Counted from the stretch's first letter, positions 1-9,399 are shown. The stretch: 64,000 nucleotides of DNA from Geopsychrobacteraceae bacterium (GCA_963662315.1 OY759353.1:1760001-1824000); one strand, 5' to 3'. Numbers and translations: made by a program. The notes: a model not told the origin generated them from the letters alone.

Positions 1-428
1 GGAATCGCGACGTCACCGGCTAAACCTTCAGCGATGTCCTGGTCTTTTTTACGGTCAAATTCAAAACGCTGAATTTCAAGCATTTTATCAAGACCGGGAA
101 CCGGTGCGTAGGACTGGGTAATATGGGCAAAGGAGATATCCCGCTCGCGCAGGGTTCGCAGAGAATCGTACAGGGTCCCCGGCTGGCTGAGGCGGGCAAG
201 AATCAGTTTACTATCTGTATCGGCCAGAATGCGCCGCTTGTTTGTGTCTAGGCTGTGCAGGATGGTGGCCAGGATACCAATCACTTCCGGTTCTTTCTTC
301 ATCGTAATGAAAAAATAGGGATGCATCTGTTGCTGCAACCATTCCAGGTTGTTTTTGGCAGTGGTCAGGTTATTGTCAATGCTTTTCTCAATTTCCGTCA
401 TCATGAGACTTTCACTGGTGAAGCTCAT
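1..428 (-). CDS. N-terminal part of a probable large NAD-glutamate dehydrogenase-like protein (runs off the window)
   Basis: Not in the ORF track; translated by hand. ATG at 428 follows an AAGGAG RBS and the frame stays open to the window edge: MSFTSESLMM...NLEWLQQQMHPYFFITMKKEPE...LARLSQPGTLYDSL...LEIQRFEFDRK. From memory it resembles the N-terminus of Geobacter-type large GDHs. The catalytic domain is not in the window. Confidence 0.55.
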   Translation of the reverse strand, partial: MSFTSESLMMTEIEKSIDNNLTTAKNNLEWLQQQMHPYFFITMKKEPEVIGILATILHSLDTNKRRILADTDSKLILARLSQPGTLYDSLRTLRERDISFAHITQSYAPVPGLDKMLEIQRFEFDRKKDQDIAEGLAGDVAI

Positions 429-547
429 TATTTGCTCCTTTTATATCTACTTCCTGTCATCAGGGTGTTTATAGGTAGTGAAAGGTTTGACTCCAAGCCA
501 TGCTTCATATGTTTGACTTTTTAGAACTTGCTTTAATGTGAGTTTAG

Positions 548-1453
548 TCAGCCTCCAACCCGTGTCTGAATATTGAAGTGATTGAATATGGCAGTAACCC
601 TGTCCAGGTCGATTGTCCCTGGCTCATCAAGAGCGGCTGCCGGCGTATTACCAAGACGGATATGTTTATTGGCCATAATATTATGGTAGGGCAATAAATT
701 GACAACTTTGGATGGACCAGCAAGGGAGCTGATCATCTCGGCCGTCTGTTCAATATTTCGGTCATCATCGTTGACCCCTTTGACCAGGGGAATTCTAATA
801 TTGATTGCGGCACCGGTTGCAGCAAGCTCTTTTAAATTATGCAAAATCAGTTCATTGCTAACCCCGGTCCACTGCCTATGTTTTTCCGCATCCACCATCT
901 TCACATCGTACAGAAACAGTTCGGTCTGTTTGGCAACCTCAAGCAAGGTAGCGGTTTTGGCAAACCCGGAGGTATCCACAACGCGGTGGATGCCACGTTG
1001 CCCACACGCTTCGAGCAATGCCAGGGCGAACTCAGGCTGATGCAGGGGCTCGCCACCCGAAAGAGTTACACCACCATTGGATTGATCAAAAAAGACCCGC
1101 TCCTTCTCAACAATTGCGACCACCTCATCGACACCAATAGTGCGACCGGACATTTCCGTGGCAAGCGTAGGACATCCTTCGGCACATTGACCGCAGCCAT
1201 GGCATTGGTCCCGGTTGGTGGCGACACCATCGCTGGTCATGCTGCACAAGCCATAGGGACAAGCATCGACGCACCAGCCACAGCGGATACATTTCGCCGC
1301 GTTGTACATTTTTTGAATTTTGTTTGAGATAGATTCCGGGTTGTGACACCAGAAGCAGTTAAGAGGGCAGCCTTTAAAAAAGATGGTCACGCGAATGCCG
1401 GGTCCATCATTGATGGCGTATTTTTTAATATCGAAAATAAGACCTGAGTACAT
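548..1453 (-). CDS. Glycyl-radical enzyme activating protein (radical SAM, with ferredoxin-like insert); HypD activase
   Basis: DGPGIRVTIFFKGCPLNCFWCHNPES (CxxxCxxC), two extra CxxCxxCxxxC motifs, SGGEP and LLPYH. Directly downstream of the GRE. Confidence 0.95.
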   Translation of the reverse strand: MYSGLIFDIKKYAINDGPGIRVTIFFKGCPLNCFWCHNPESISNKIQKMYNAAKCIRCGWCVDACPYGLCSMTSDGVATNRDQCHGCGQCAEGCPTLATEMSGRTIGVDEVVAIVEKERVFFDQSNGGVTLSGGEPLHQPEFALALLEACGQRGIHRVVDTSGFAKTATLLEVAKQTELFLYDVKMVDAEKHRQWTGVSNELILHNLKELAATGAAINIRIPLVKGVNDDDRNIEQTAEMISSLAGPSKVVNLLPYHNIMANKHIRLGNTPAAALDEPGTIDLDRVTAIFNHFNIQTRVGG

Positions 1454-1485
1454 TGTCTATCCACAATTTCTGAATGTTATTGAGA

Positions 1486-1515
1486 AACGGGGCAGAGGTC
1501 ATCCCCTGCCCCGTT
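1486..1515 (-). terminator. Stem-loop between hypD and its activase (partial terminator or mRNA stabiliser)
   Basis: AACGGGGCAG pairs with CTGCCCCGTT (10-bp stem); weak U-tract. Confidence 0.5.
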
Positions 1516-1520
1516 GCGCC

Positions 1521-3983
1521 TTAGAAGGCTTCGTTTTCGGTTCTCTCAATAATTTCCTGCTGCAGATCGTTATTCATGTCGTTGAAATAGTCACTGTAAC
1601 CCGCCATACGCACCAGCAAGTCTTTATAATCCTCAGGATTATCCTGAGCGGCCAATAAGGTCGCAGTATCGACAATATTGAACTGAATGTGGTGACCGCC
1701 CATATTGAAGTAGGAGCGTACCAACTGCCCCAGTTTCTGAATGTCTTCATCCCGTTTGAGTAGACTGGGCAAAAAGCGTTGATTAAGAAGCGTTCCGCCG
1801 GATTTAGTCTGGTCAAGCTTGCCGACCGACTTGACCACAGCAGACGGCCCATTGGTGTCAGCACCATGAGATGGAGATGTGCCATCAGATATTGATTTGC
1901 CGGACAACCGACCGTTCGGAGTGGCTCCTAGGACTTTGCCAAAGTAGATATGGCAGGTGGTTGACAGCATATTGAGATGATACTTGCCTCCCTTTTTGAT
2001 GTTTGGCTTACCATCGATGGTATTGACCAGGTCATCATAGATCCGCACCGCAAGGGTATCGGCATAATCGTCATCATTGCCGAAGAAGGGGGTCTTGTTC
2101 ATGATCGTCTGGCGCATGAACTCATCCCCTTCGAAGTTCTTGGCAACGGCCATAAGCAGATGTTCCATGCTGAAGCGTTGGTCTTCAAATACATGCTTTT
2201 TAATGGTGGTCATACTGTCGGTCACGGTGCCAAGCCCGCAACACTGGATATAGCTGGTGTTGTAGCGAGGGCCGCCATCGTAGTAATCGCGCCCCTTGGC
2301 AATGCAATCGTCAATGACAACCGACAAAAACGGAGCCGGGGCATATTTGGCGAACATGCGGTCGATATAGTTGCTAACGCGCATCTTCTGATCGACCACG
2401 AATTCCACCTGCTTCATAAACGCAGCATAGAGTTCCTCAAAACTTTTAAAGGTGCGAGGGTCGCCGGTCTCGATACCGCATTTTTTACCCGTCAGCGGGT
2501 CGATACCGTTGTTGAGCGTCACCTCTAACACTTTGGGAACATTGAGATAACCGGTCAACAGGTAGGCCTCCTTACCGAAGGCGCCCACTTCAATACAGCC
2601 GCTGCAGCCACCTTCACGGGCATCTTCAATGGATTTCCCCTGGCGCATCAGCTCCATGACATAGGTATCGGGATTGAACACAGAGGGATAACCATGCCCC
2701 TGGCGAATGACCTTCGCTGCCGCATGCAAAAATTTATCCGGGGTATTGCGGGCAACGTGAACAGAACTGCCCGGCTGCAGAATATGCAGCTCTTCGATCA
2801 CCTCAAGCATGATATATGAGACAGCATTGGTCCCATCTGAGCCATCACGCTTGACCCCACCGATATTGATATTGGTAAAGTCATTGTACGTACCGCTCTC
2901 GCGGGCGGTAACACCAACTTTAGGCGGTGCTGGATGGTTATTGACCTTAATCCAGAAACAGCAGAGCAGTTCCTTCGCTTGCTCTCTGCTCAAAGTGCCT
3001 TCGGCGATCTCTTTTTCATAGAATGGTGCCAGGTGTTGGTCAAAGTGCCCAGGGTTCATGGCGTCCCAGCCATTGAGTTCGGTGATTGTCCCCAAATGGA
3101 CAAACCAGTACATCTGGATTGCTTCCCAGAAATTGCGGGGTTTATGGGCCGGAACGTGGCGACAGACCTCGGCAATTTTCTTCAGCTCTGCAACACGCTG
3201 CGGGTTCGTCTCTTTTGCGGCCAGCTGTTCAGCCAGTTCGGCATGACGCTCGGCGAAAACAATCACGGCATCGCAAGAAATCATCATAGCCTTCCACTGC
3301 TCTACCTTATCAGTCGCTTCCGGATCATGAAGGTAGTCAACATTGGCAATCAGCTCTTCAATCTGTTGTTTAAGATCAAGCATGCCATACTTGTAAATCT
3401 TCCCGTCAAGTGCAGTATGCCCGGGAGCACGCTGCTCCATGAACTCCGTAAACATGCCCGCTTCATAAGCGGCCTTCCACTCCTCAGGAACATGAGAAAA
3501 AATACGTTCCCTCTGCGTCCGCCCCGCCCAGAACGGAATCACTTCCCGCTCATAAGTGTCGATATCTTCCTGAGTCGTAATATAGCGCTGCATCTCCCGC
3601 GTATTGAGAGTGTGCAAATCTTCGACGCTATGGCAGGTCAGTTCCGGAAAGGTCGGAATCGCCTTTGGCTTGGGGCCACGCTCACCGACAATCAGTTCAT
3701 CGTCGCCCAAATAGAGGACCTTGCGTTGACAATGATCCAGAAACGTCATAGCGCGCAAAACTGGCACCGACAACTTTGTATGGTTGTTCTTATAATATTC
3801 CGTCTGATGCAGAGCGCGCTCGATAGAAATCGTTGGTTCCGTTTCAACACTCAATTTTCTCAGGCGCTGAATTCGTGGATTCATCCCCGGACCGATTTCT
3901 CCGCTTTTAGCGCTGTAGAAATTTCCTTCGGCGACGGCTGATCTTTCAGGTTTTTCATTATGAGTTTTTACCTGCTCAAACAT
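1521..3983 (-). CDS. hypD: trans-4-hydroxy-L-proline dehydratase (glycyl radical enzyme)
   Basis: Gly loop RMAGYS and Cys loop SGCIE. HypD-type motifs: AYEAGMFTEFMEQRAPGHT, ELNGWDA, PAPPKVG..ESGTYNDF, AYLLTGY, MLSTTCHIYFG. Start set at ATG 3983 behind AGGAG. Confidence 0.9.
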   Translation of the reverse strand: MFEQVKTHNEKPERSAVAEGNFYSAKSGEIGPGMNPRIQRLRKLSVETEPTISIERALHQTEYYKNNHTKLSVPVLRAMTFLDHCQRKVLYLGDDELIVGERGPKPKAIPTFPELTCHSVEDLHTLNTREMQRYITTQEDIDTYEREVIPFWAGRTQRERIFSHVPEEWKAAYEAGMFTEFMEQRAPGHTALDGKIYKYGMLDLKQQIEELIANVDYLHDPEATDKVEQWKAMMISCDAVIVFAERHAELAEQLAAKETNPQRVAELKKIAEVCRHVPAHKPRNFWEAIQMYWFVHLGTITELNGWDAMNPGHFDQHLAPFYEKEIAEGTLSREQAKELLCCFWIKVNNHPAPPKVGVTARESGTYNDFTNINIGGVKRDGSDGTNAVSYIMLEVIEELHILQPGSSVHVARNTPDKFLHAAAKVIRQGHGYPSVFNPDTYVMELMRQGKSIEDAREGGCSGCIEVGAFGKEAYLLTGYLNVPKVLEVTLNNGIDPLTGKKCGIETGDPRTFKSFEELYAAFMKQVEFVVDQKMRVSNYIDRMFAKYAPAPFLSVVIDDCIAKGRDYYDGGPRYNTSYIQCCGLGTVTDSMTTIKKHVFEDQRFSMEHLLMAVAKNFEGDEFMRQTIMNKTPFFGNDDDYADTLAVRIYDDLVNTIDGKPNIKKGGKYHLNMLSTTCHIYFGKVLGATPNGRLSGKSISDGTSPSHGADTNGPSAVVKSVGKLDQTKSGGTLLNQRFLPSLLKRDEDIQKLGQLVRSYFNMGGHHIQFNIVDTATLLAAQDNPEDYKDLLVRMAGYSDYFNDMNNDLQQEIIERTENEAF

Positions 3984-4094
3984 ATTCTTTCTCCTGCACA
4001 AGCACTTTATTTTCACCCGTTCTAAAAATGCTCTGTATAAAAAACATTACACAACACGTTGAATAAACCAATAGCCTGATTCAAGCTTGTCAGG

Positions 4095-4172
4095 TTACTG
4101 GTAGAGCACGGAGCAACCATAAAGCCGTCTATAGTGCCAACAGATAGAGCAGATGATTATGTACGTTTTCAC
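4095..4172 (-). other. 25-aa small ORF or gene remnant with strong RBS
   Basis: GGAGGAG lies 5 nt before GTG; encodes MKTYIIICSICWHYRRLYGCSVLYQ. Confidence 0.3.
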
Positions 4173-4198
4173 GTGTTCTCCTCCGTTCCAAAGCTTAC

Positions 4199-5503
4199 CT
4201 AGAACGTAACGCCAAGAAAAAAATGGGGAAGAAACAGAGATAAATCGGACCAATAGGTTGTCATCAGCAACGTCGGCAGCCAGGCAAATAAAATCATGTA
4301 AAATGTCGGCGTTAACATCAAATTGACCTTGCACCCTGATACCCGCGAGCCAAGGTAGAGCATAGGAGCAGTGGGCGGCGTAACAAGTCCCATTCCCAGA
4401 TTCACACCGAGAATTGCGGCAAATTGCACAGGATGGACACCTAGATGAGTCACGACAGGCAATAACACTGGCGTGCAAAGAAGGGTACCACTGGTGTCGT
4501 CCATGAGCATTCCGATCAGGATCATGAAAACATTGACCATCAACAGCATGACAACTCTGTCATCAGATACAGACTGAAGAAAGGCAAGAATGCTGTTGGG
4601 AAGATCTTCCATGACATAGATGCGACTTAAAATCATGACAACAAAAAGCATACACATAACAACGCCCGAGGTGACAGACGTCTCGATCAGTGTCTTTTTG
4701 AAGTTTTCCTTATTCAAACCTTTATAAATCCAGAAGCCGACGGGTATCGAATAGAGTACGGCAACTCCTGAGGCCTCCGTCGGAGTCATAACTCCTGAGT
4801 AGATTCCCCCCAGGACGATAACCGGCATCAACAGTGCGGCGCTCGCTCCACCTAAACGACTTCCAACCTGACGGACTTTTTCTGTAACGGGAACAGGTTC
4901 GGAGACAACGATCTCCTTGTTATTGCGGAGCAAAAATGCGTTAACAGCGCAAAGCAATACTGTCAGTAGAATTCCTGGTCCGACTGTCGCCAAAAAGCAG
5001 CTCAAAACAGATTGGTACGAAATCCATGCATAAATAATCTGGATACAGCTCGGCGGGATAAGCAATCCAAGCGGAGACGCATTGACAAGAAGGGCCGCAG
5101 ACAATCCTCTCGGATATTTGGACTTGTCCATTTCCGGCAGCATGACCGACCCGATGCAGGAAAGCGTTGCTGCGGCAGCTCCAGAAATCGAACCGAAAAT
5201 ACCACTGGCAATAACGGCTACGGTACCAATCCCGCTCTTACGGTCGCCGACCAGAATTTTAACCAGATTTACTAATGGTTGAGCAATTTTGCCCTTCTCC
5301 ATCAGGCCACCAGCCATAATGAACAAAGGAACAGCAAGCAATGCAACCGTATTCATCTTACTGTAGCCAACAGGTAACAAAGAGGTAATGTTATAGTCCC
5401 CTGTCACCACCATCCACAGGACCGATCCCGTAAAGCAAAAAGGAACCGGGATCCCAATCAACAAGGTCACGATTAATATTCCGATTGATATTAGTACATC
5501 CAT
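4199..5503 (-). CDS. dctM: TRAP transporter large permease
   Basis: LLAVPLFIMAG, FGSISG, LIPPS, TPTEA and LVTPP motifs; highly hydrophobic, 434 aa. Confidence 0.95.
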   Translation of the reverse strand: MDVLISIGILIVTLLIGIPVPFCFTGSVLWMVVTGDYNITSLLPVGYSKMNTVALLAVPLFIMAGGLMEKGKIAQPLVNLVKILVGDRKSGIGTVAVIASGIFGSISGAAAATLSCIGSVMLPEMDKSKYPRGLSAALLVNASPLGLLIPPSCIQIIYAWISYQSVLSCFLATVGPGILLTVLLCAVNAFLLRNNKEIVVSEPVPVTEKVRQVGSRLGGASAALLMPVIVLGGIYSGVMTPTEASGVAVLYSIPVGFWIYKGLNKENFKKTLIETSVTSGVVMCMLFVVMILSRIYVMEDLPNSILAFLQSVSDDRVVMLLMVNVFMILIGMLMDDTSGTLLCTPVLLPVVTHLGVHPVQFAAILGVNLGMGLVTPPTAPMLYLGSRVSGCKVNLMLTPTFYMILFAWLPTLLMTTYWSDLSLFLPHFFLGVTF

Positions 5504-5505
5504 TG

Positions 5506-6045
5506 TCAGTCCCCTTGAAGTGCTGCGTCTTTGTATTTTCCGCTGATTAACAGCATCAGCTCTTTAACAAAATGAATAAGAGCGTAGAAAGCCATCAACA
5601 CAAAACCGATGAAAATTGCGCCCTGTGGAACTGCAATTGGAATACCCCAGCCCATGGTGTGCCCCATGAATTTGAACTGCCAGGAAATGAGGGACCAGGC
5701 CCAGACGCTTATGGTAATGGTTAAAAACAGTTCCAGCCCTCTGGCGATGAGGCCAATTACAGCCGCAGCCTTAGGGTGGTTGGTGGACAGAGAAATTTGA
5801 ATAATATCGGCTTTTATATGACTATCTTCATAGCTGCCATAGGCAGCCCCGATAAAGTAAAGCCAAAAAGCAGCGATCATGACCAATTCATCGTAAGCAA
5901 ACAGGTCTTTATGTAGAACATAACGCATAAAAACTGCGGCACAGATAATCCCAACAACAGTAAGGCTTGTTAAAATCAGAATGAATCTTTGTACCTTAAG
6001 CAGTAGCTCATACATAAGTGCCAATGGACCATTTGTCTGAGACAA
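5506..6045 (-). CDS. dctQ: TRAP transporter small permease
   Basis: Four TM segments, V.MRY, DEL and HIKADI. TTG start at 6045 behind GGAGG. Confidence 0.9.
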   Translation of the reverse strand: MSQTNGPLALMYELLLKVQRFILILTSLTVVGIICAAVFMRYVLHKDLFAYDELVMIAAFWLYFIGAAYGSYEDSHIKADIIQISLSTNHPKAAAVIGLIARGLELFLTITISVWAWSLISWQFKFMGHTMGWGIPIAVPQGAIFIGFVLMAFYALIHFVKELMLLISGKYKDAALQGD

Positions 6046-6133
6046 GACATCCTCCCAAATACAAGTAATAATTCCAAAGCTCTTTGTTTCTTGCGCAGGC
6101 AAGGCAATAAAATCTTTTCGTTGAGATGCACAC

Positions 6134-6172
6134 AAAAAGGGGGTAACGGTTTTATCCAACCGTTCCCCCCTT
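6134..6172 (-). terminator. Stem-loop with U-tract after dctP
   Basis: AAGGGGGTAACGGTT pairs with AACCGTTCCCCCCTT; followed by TTTTT on the minus strand. Confidence 0.6.
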
Positions 6173-6176
6173 GCGC

Positions 6177-7172
6177 TTAAATCTCGCCGAGATCCTTACG
6201 GATGCCATCAAAGATTTCTTGTCCGTACAACTGATATAATTGAGGCCAAACATTGGCGTGGATGCTGTCAGACAGTGTTTTTGCCTGCTCAGGGGTGGGA
6301 CGGATGATTTTCAGGCCAGCTTCAGCCATCTTGTTAAGATAGAACTCATCTTGCTTTTCAGCAGCAGCAAAACTTTTTTCAGCGGTCGCTTTAAAAATAT
6401 CCCGAACGATCGGGCCATCAGTTCCTAAGCTGGCAAAAACATCTTTGCCCATAATAAAGGCATTACACTCGACAAAGTTATTGTAGGCGACATAGTAATT
6501 TTCAACGTCCCTGAAGGTCAGATAATTTACATCTGGAGTACCGCCGATCCATCCGTCGACAACACCTGTCTGCATAGCGCTGTAGATATCAGCCCAGTTA
6601 ACGGTCGTCGTTCTGTAGTTAATGGATTTTGCCGTTAACTGATAAACTTTCATCGGAGGAACCCGCAGCAGAATCCCCTTGGAACTGTCTGGGCTAAAGG
6701 GATCTTGTGGCTCTTTCTTACTGCCAACCCCGATCAGACCGATGACATTGAACCCAAAGAATTCAATATTCTTTTCTGACAGGATTTGTTTGAACGTTTG
6801 ACTGAAATTTGAGTTGTATGAAAACACCTTAGGAATATCGGAATAGTTTTTAACGATATATGGGATGCTGTGGGCCTCAAGACGAATATCGTATTCACTG
6901 GGCAGATTGACCTGTCCCATATCAACAGATCCACGCATGACGTCTTGAAAGAGAAGCGTATAATCCCCTAACTGATCGGCAGGAAAAACTTTAACCTTAA
7001 TCCGCCCTTCAGTTTGTTTTTCAACCTCGGCGGCAGCCTGGCGAATTAATTTTGTTGAAGGGTGATCTTCCGGGTAGTGTCCAGCAAAGTTAAGCGTTCG
7101 TGCACCTGCAACAGAGGCAACAAAACCCGACAACACAAGCAGCACAATCATAATCTGAGCAATCCGTCTCAT
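6177..7172 (-). CDS. dctP: TRAP transporter substrate-binding protein
   Basis: Signal peptide, FPADQLG, LRVP and IYSAMQTGVVDG. ATG 7172 behind GAGGAG. Confidence 0.93.
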   Translation of the reverse strand: MRRIAQIMIVLLVLSGFVASVAGARTLNFAGHYPEDHPSTKLIRQAAAEVEKQTEGRIKVKVFPADQLGDYTLLFQDVMRGSVDMGQVNLPSEYDIRLEAHSIPYIVKNYSDIPKVFSYNSNFSQTFKQILSEKNIEFFGFNVIGLIGVGSKKEPQDPFSPDSSKGILLRVPPMKVYQLTAKSINYRTTTVNWADIYSAMQTGVVDGWIGGTPDVNYLTFRDVENYYVAYNNFVECNAFIMGKDVFASLGTDGPIVRDIFKATAEKSFAAAEKQDEFYLNKMAEAGLKIIRPTPEQAKTLSDSIHANVWPQLYQLYGQEIFDGIRKDLGEI

Positions 7173-7321
7173 TTTACTCTCCTCACCAGTTAGATAGTTA
7201 CATTCCGTTGTATGACTGCAGATCAGCACTGATCACGACAGCCACCCCCCATGCTTCTTTGGTTATTATGTATGATTCGCTAAACGCCTTTGTCTAACCC
7301 CCCATATTCGAATATAGCGAG

Positions 7322-7350
7322 TCTATACCCTACAGACCGAACGATGTCAA
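7322..7350 (-). promoter_or_regulatory. Sigma70 promoter of the dctPQM-hypD operon
   Basis: Minus-strand TTGACA (7350-7345), 17-nt spacer, TATAGA (7327-7322). Confidence 0.55.
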
Positions 7351-7355
7351 ATGAT

Positions 7356-7376
7356 TTCAGTCTTCTGATGAGTCAA
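7356..7376. promoter_or_regulatory. Putative FadR/GntR operator 1
   Basis: TTCAGTCTTCTGATGAGTCAA, an imperfect copy of the palindrome at 7562. Confidence 0.6.
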
Positions 7377-7533
7377 CAACGACAGAACCTATAAAACAAA
7401 CAAGCCCGCCACGAAAGACATTCGCCAGGCAAAAGGAACAAGAAAAACACTTACCATTACGTGTACTTAGAATTATAAATAAGCACACCTCAAACATAAA
7501 AACTATCAACACGATGATCTACCAGACAAATGC

Positions 7534-7562
7534 TTGACATTGGCAGGAATGATATATAGATT
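7534..7562 (+). promoter_or_regulatory. Sigma70 promoter of pruA
   Basis: TTGACA (7534-7539), 17-nt spacer, TAGATT (7557-7562). Confidence 0.65.
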
Positions 7563-7582
7563 TCAGTCGTCTGAAGACTGAA
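7562..7582. promoter_or_regulatory. Putative FadR/GntR operator 2
   Basis: TTCAGTC-N7-GACTGAA with perfect arms, overlapping the predicted pruA transcription start. Confidence 0.65.
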
Positions 7583-7680
7583 CTTATAACAAATTACGGA
7601 TCTCCGTAATAAGTCATTGAGCCAAAGAACGAATAGATTCGTTTCAGCACGACAACCATCAAAAAGAAAAGAGGTAGGTC

Positions 7681-9333
7681 ATGAATTTGTTAAATAATGC
7701 AGCAATCAATGTGCCCGTCCCGACAAACGAACCCAACCTGACCTATGCGCCCGGCACACCGGAGCGCGCCCAGCTTAAAGCAGCCCTTGAAGAACTCAAG
7801 GCAAAACAGATCGAGGTTCCCCTTATTATCGGTGGCAAAGAGGTGCGCACCGGCGACACAGCAAAGATCGCCTGCCCCCATGATCATTCGATTAATCTTG
7901 GCACTTATCATAAAGCCGGTCCCAAAGAAGTGCAGATGGCCATTGATGCCGCCATGGCCGCCAAACCGGTCTGGGAAAGCCTGCGCTGGGAAGAACGCGC
8001 CGCAATCTTCTTAAAAGCAGCCGACCTGCTTGCTGGCCCTTACCGCTTCCTGCTCAATGCTGCGACCATGCTCAACATCAGCAAGAACCCCTTCCAGGCG
8101 GAAATCGACTCGGCTTGCGAGCTGATCGACTTTTTACGTTTCAACGTTTACTTTGCTCAGCAGGTCTATGCCGACCAGCCGATGCACAACTCCCGCTTTA
8201 CCTGGAACTACGTTCAGCACCGCCCCATGGAGGGCTTTATTTTCGCCGTTGCGCCGTTCAACTTTACCGCCATTGCCGGCAACCTGCCGACCGCACCAGC
8301 GATTATGGGGAACACTGTGGTCTGGAAACCAGCCTCTTCTGCCGTATATGCTCCTTACTACTTCATGAAACTGCTTCAGGAAGCGGGCCTGCCTGATGGT
8401 GTTATCAACTTTGTTCCCGGTTCCGGCAGTAATGTTGGCGATACCGTTCTGAACAGCCCCGACTTTGCCGGCATTCATTTCACCGGCAGTACCGGCGTCT
8501 TCCAGGGGATGTGGAAAACCATCGGCAACAATCTGGCTGAAAACAGATATAAAACCTACCCACGTATCGTCGGCGAAACCGGCGGTAAAGACTTTATCTT
8601 TGCCCACAAATCCGCAGATGCCAAAGCCTTGGCAACGGCCGTTGTGCGCGGTGCTTTCGAATTCCAGGGGCAGAAATGTTCCGCTGCATCCCGCGCCTAC
8701 ATTCCAGAATCCCTGTGGCAACCGGTGATGGATGAAATCAAGGCCCAGACCGACCGTATCAAGATGGGTGATGTCTGCGATTTCCGCAATTTCTTCAATG
8801 CGGTTATCGATAAAGCCGCCTTCAAGAGCATTACGGCGTACATCGACTACGCCAAAGCAGCGGACGATGCCGAGATCGCCATCGGTGGACACTATGATGA
8901 CAGCAAGGGCTGGTTCATCGAACCAACCATCATCACCACCACCAATCCGAAGTTCAAAACGATGGAAGAGGAGATCTTCGGCCCGGTCATGACCATGTAC
9001 TGCTACAAAGATGACGAGTACGAAGCCGCCCTGGAACTGTGTGACCAGACCAGTGAATACAGCCTGACCGGTGCTCTGTTCGCTCAGGACCGTACCGCCA
9101 TCAGCTTTGGCATGGGCAAACTGACCAACGCTTCGGGCAACTTCTACATTAACGACAAACCGACCGGTGCCGTTGTCGGCCAACAACCGTTCGGTGGTGG
9201 CCGTGCCTCCGGCACCAATGACAAGGCCGGCAGCAAACAGAATCTGATGCGCTGGGTCTCGGTACGGACCGTTAAGGAAAACTTCGTACCGCCAACAACC
9301 TTTGAATATCCGTTTATGGATCAGGAAAAATAA
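7681..9333 (+). CDS. pruA: Delta-1-pyrroline-5-carboxylate (L-glutamate gamma-semialdehyde) dehydrogenase, monofunctional
   Basis: AEIDSACELIDFLRFN, PFNFTAI, ETGGKDF, FEFQGQKCSA, EEIFGP and GNFYINDKPTGAVVGQQPFGG. Confidence 0.95.
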   Translation: MNLLNNAAINVPVPTNEPNLTYAPGTPERAQLKAALEELKAKQIEVPLIIGGKEVRTGDTAKIACPHDHSINLGTYHKAGPKEVQMAIDAAMAAKPVWESLRWEERAAIFLKAADLLAGPYRFLLNAATMLNISKNPFQAEIDSACELIDFLRFNVYFAQQVYADQPMHNSRFTWNYVQHRPMEGFIFAVAPFNFTAIAGNLPTAPAIMGNTVVWKPASSAVYAPYYFMKLLQEAGLPDGVINFVPGSGSNVGDTVLNSPDFAGIHFTGSTGVFQGMWKTIGNNLAENRYKTYPRIVGETGGKDFIFAHKSADAKALATAVVRGAFEFQGQKCSAASRAYIPESLWQPVMDEIKAQTDRIKMGDVCDFRNFFNAVIDKAAFKSITAYIDYAKAADDAEIAIGGHYDDSKGWFIEPTIITTTNPKFKTMEEEIFGPVMTMYCYKDDEYEAALELCDQTSEYSLTGALFAQDRTAISFGMGKLTNASGNFYINDKPTGAVVGQQPFGGGRASGTNDKAGSKQNLMRWVSVRTVKENFVPPTTFEYPFMDQEK

Positions 9334-9367
9334 TTCCTCAAAGAGAAACAACACCTCAAATCAATAA

Positions 9368-9399
9368 AGCGGGAGAGCTGTCCCCTTAGCTCTCCCGCT
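9368..9399 (+). terminator. Stem-loop after pruA
   Basis: AGCGGGAGAGCT pairs with AGCTCTCCCGCT (12-bp stem). Confidence 0.55.

Noticed and set aside
255..524. 89-aa plus-strand ORF
   Set aside because: It is antisense to the RBS-supported minus-strand gene starting at 428.
1521..3983. Calling the GRE pyruvate formate-lyase, choline TMA-lyase or a diol dehydratase
   Set aside because: It lacks the adjacent CC pair of PFL and the GCVEP/GCVEL-type loops of the others; the motifs match HypD.
8134..9354. 406-aa antisense ORF, and similar long overlapping ORFs (2934-3941, 31394-32167, 35325-36065, 50287-51174, 51860-52594)
   Set aside because: They are opposite-strand shadows of well-supported genes and show no recognisable motifs.
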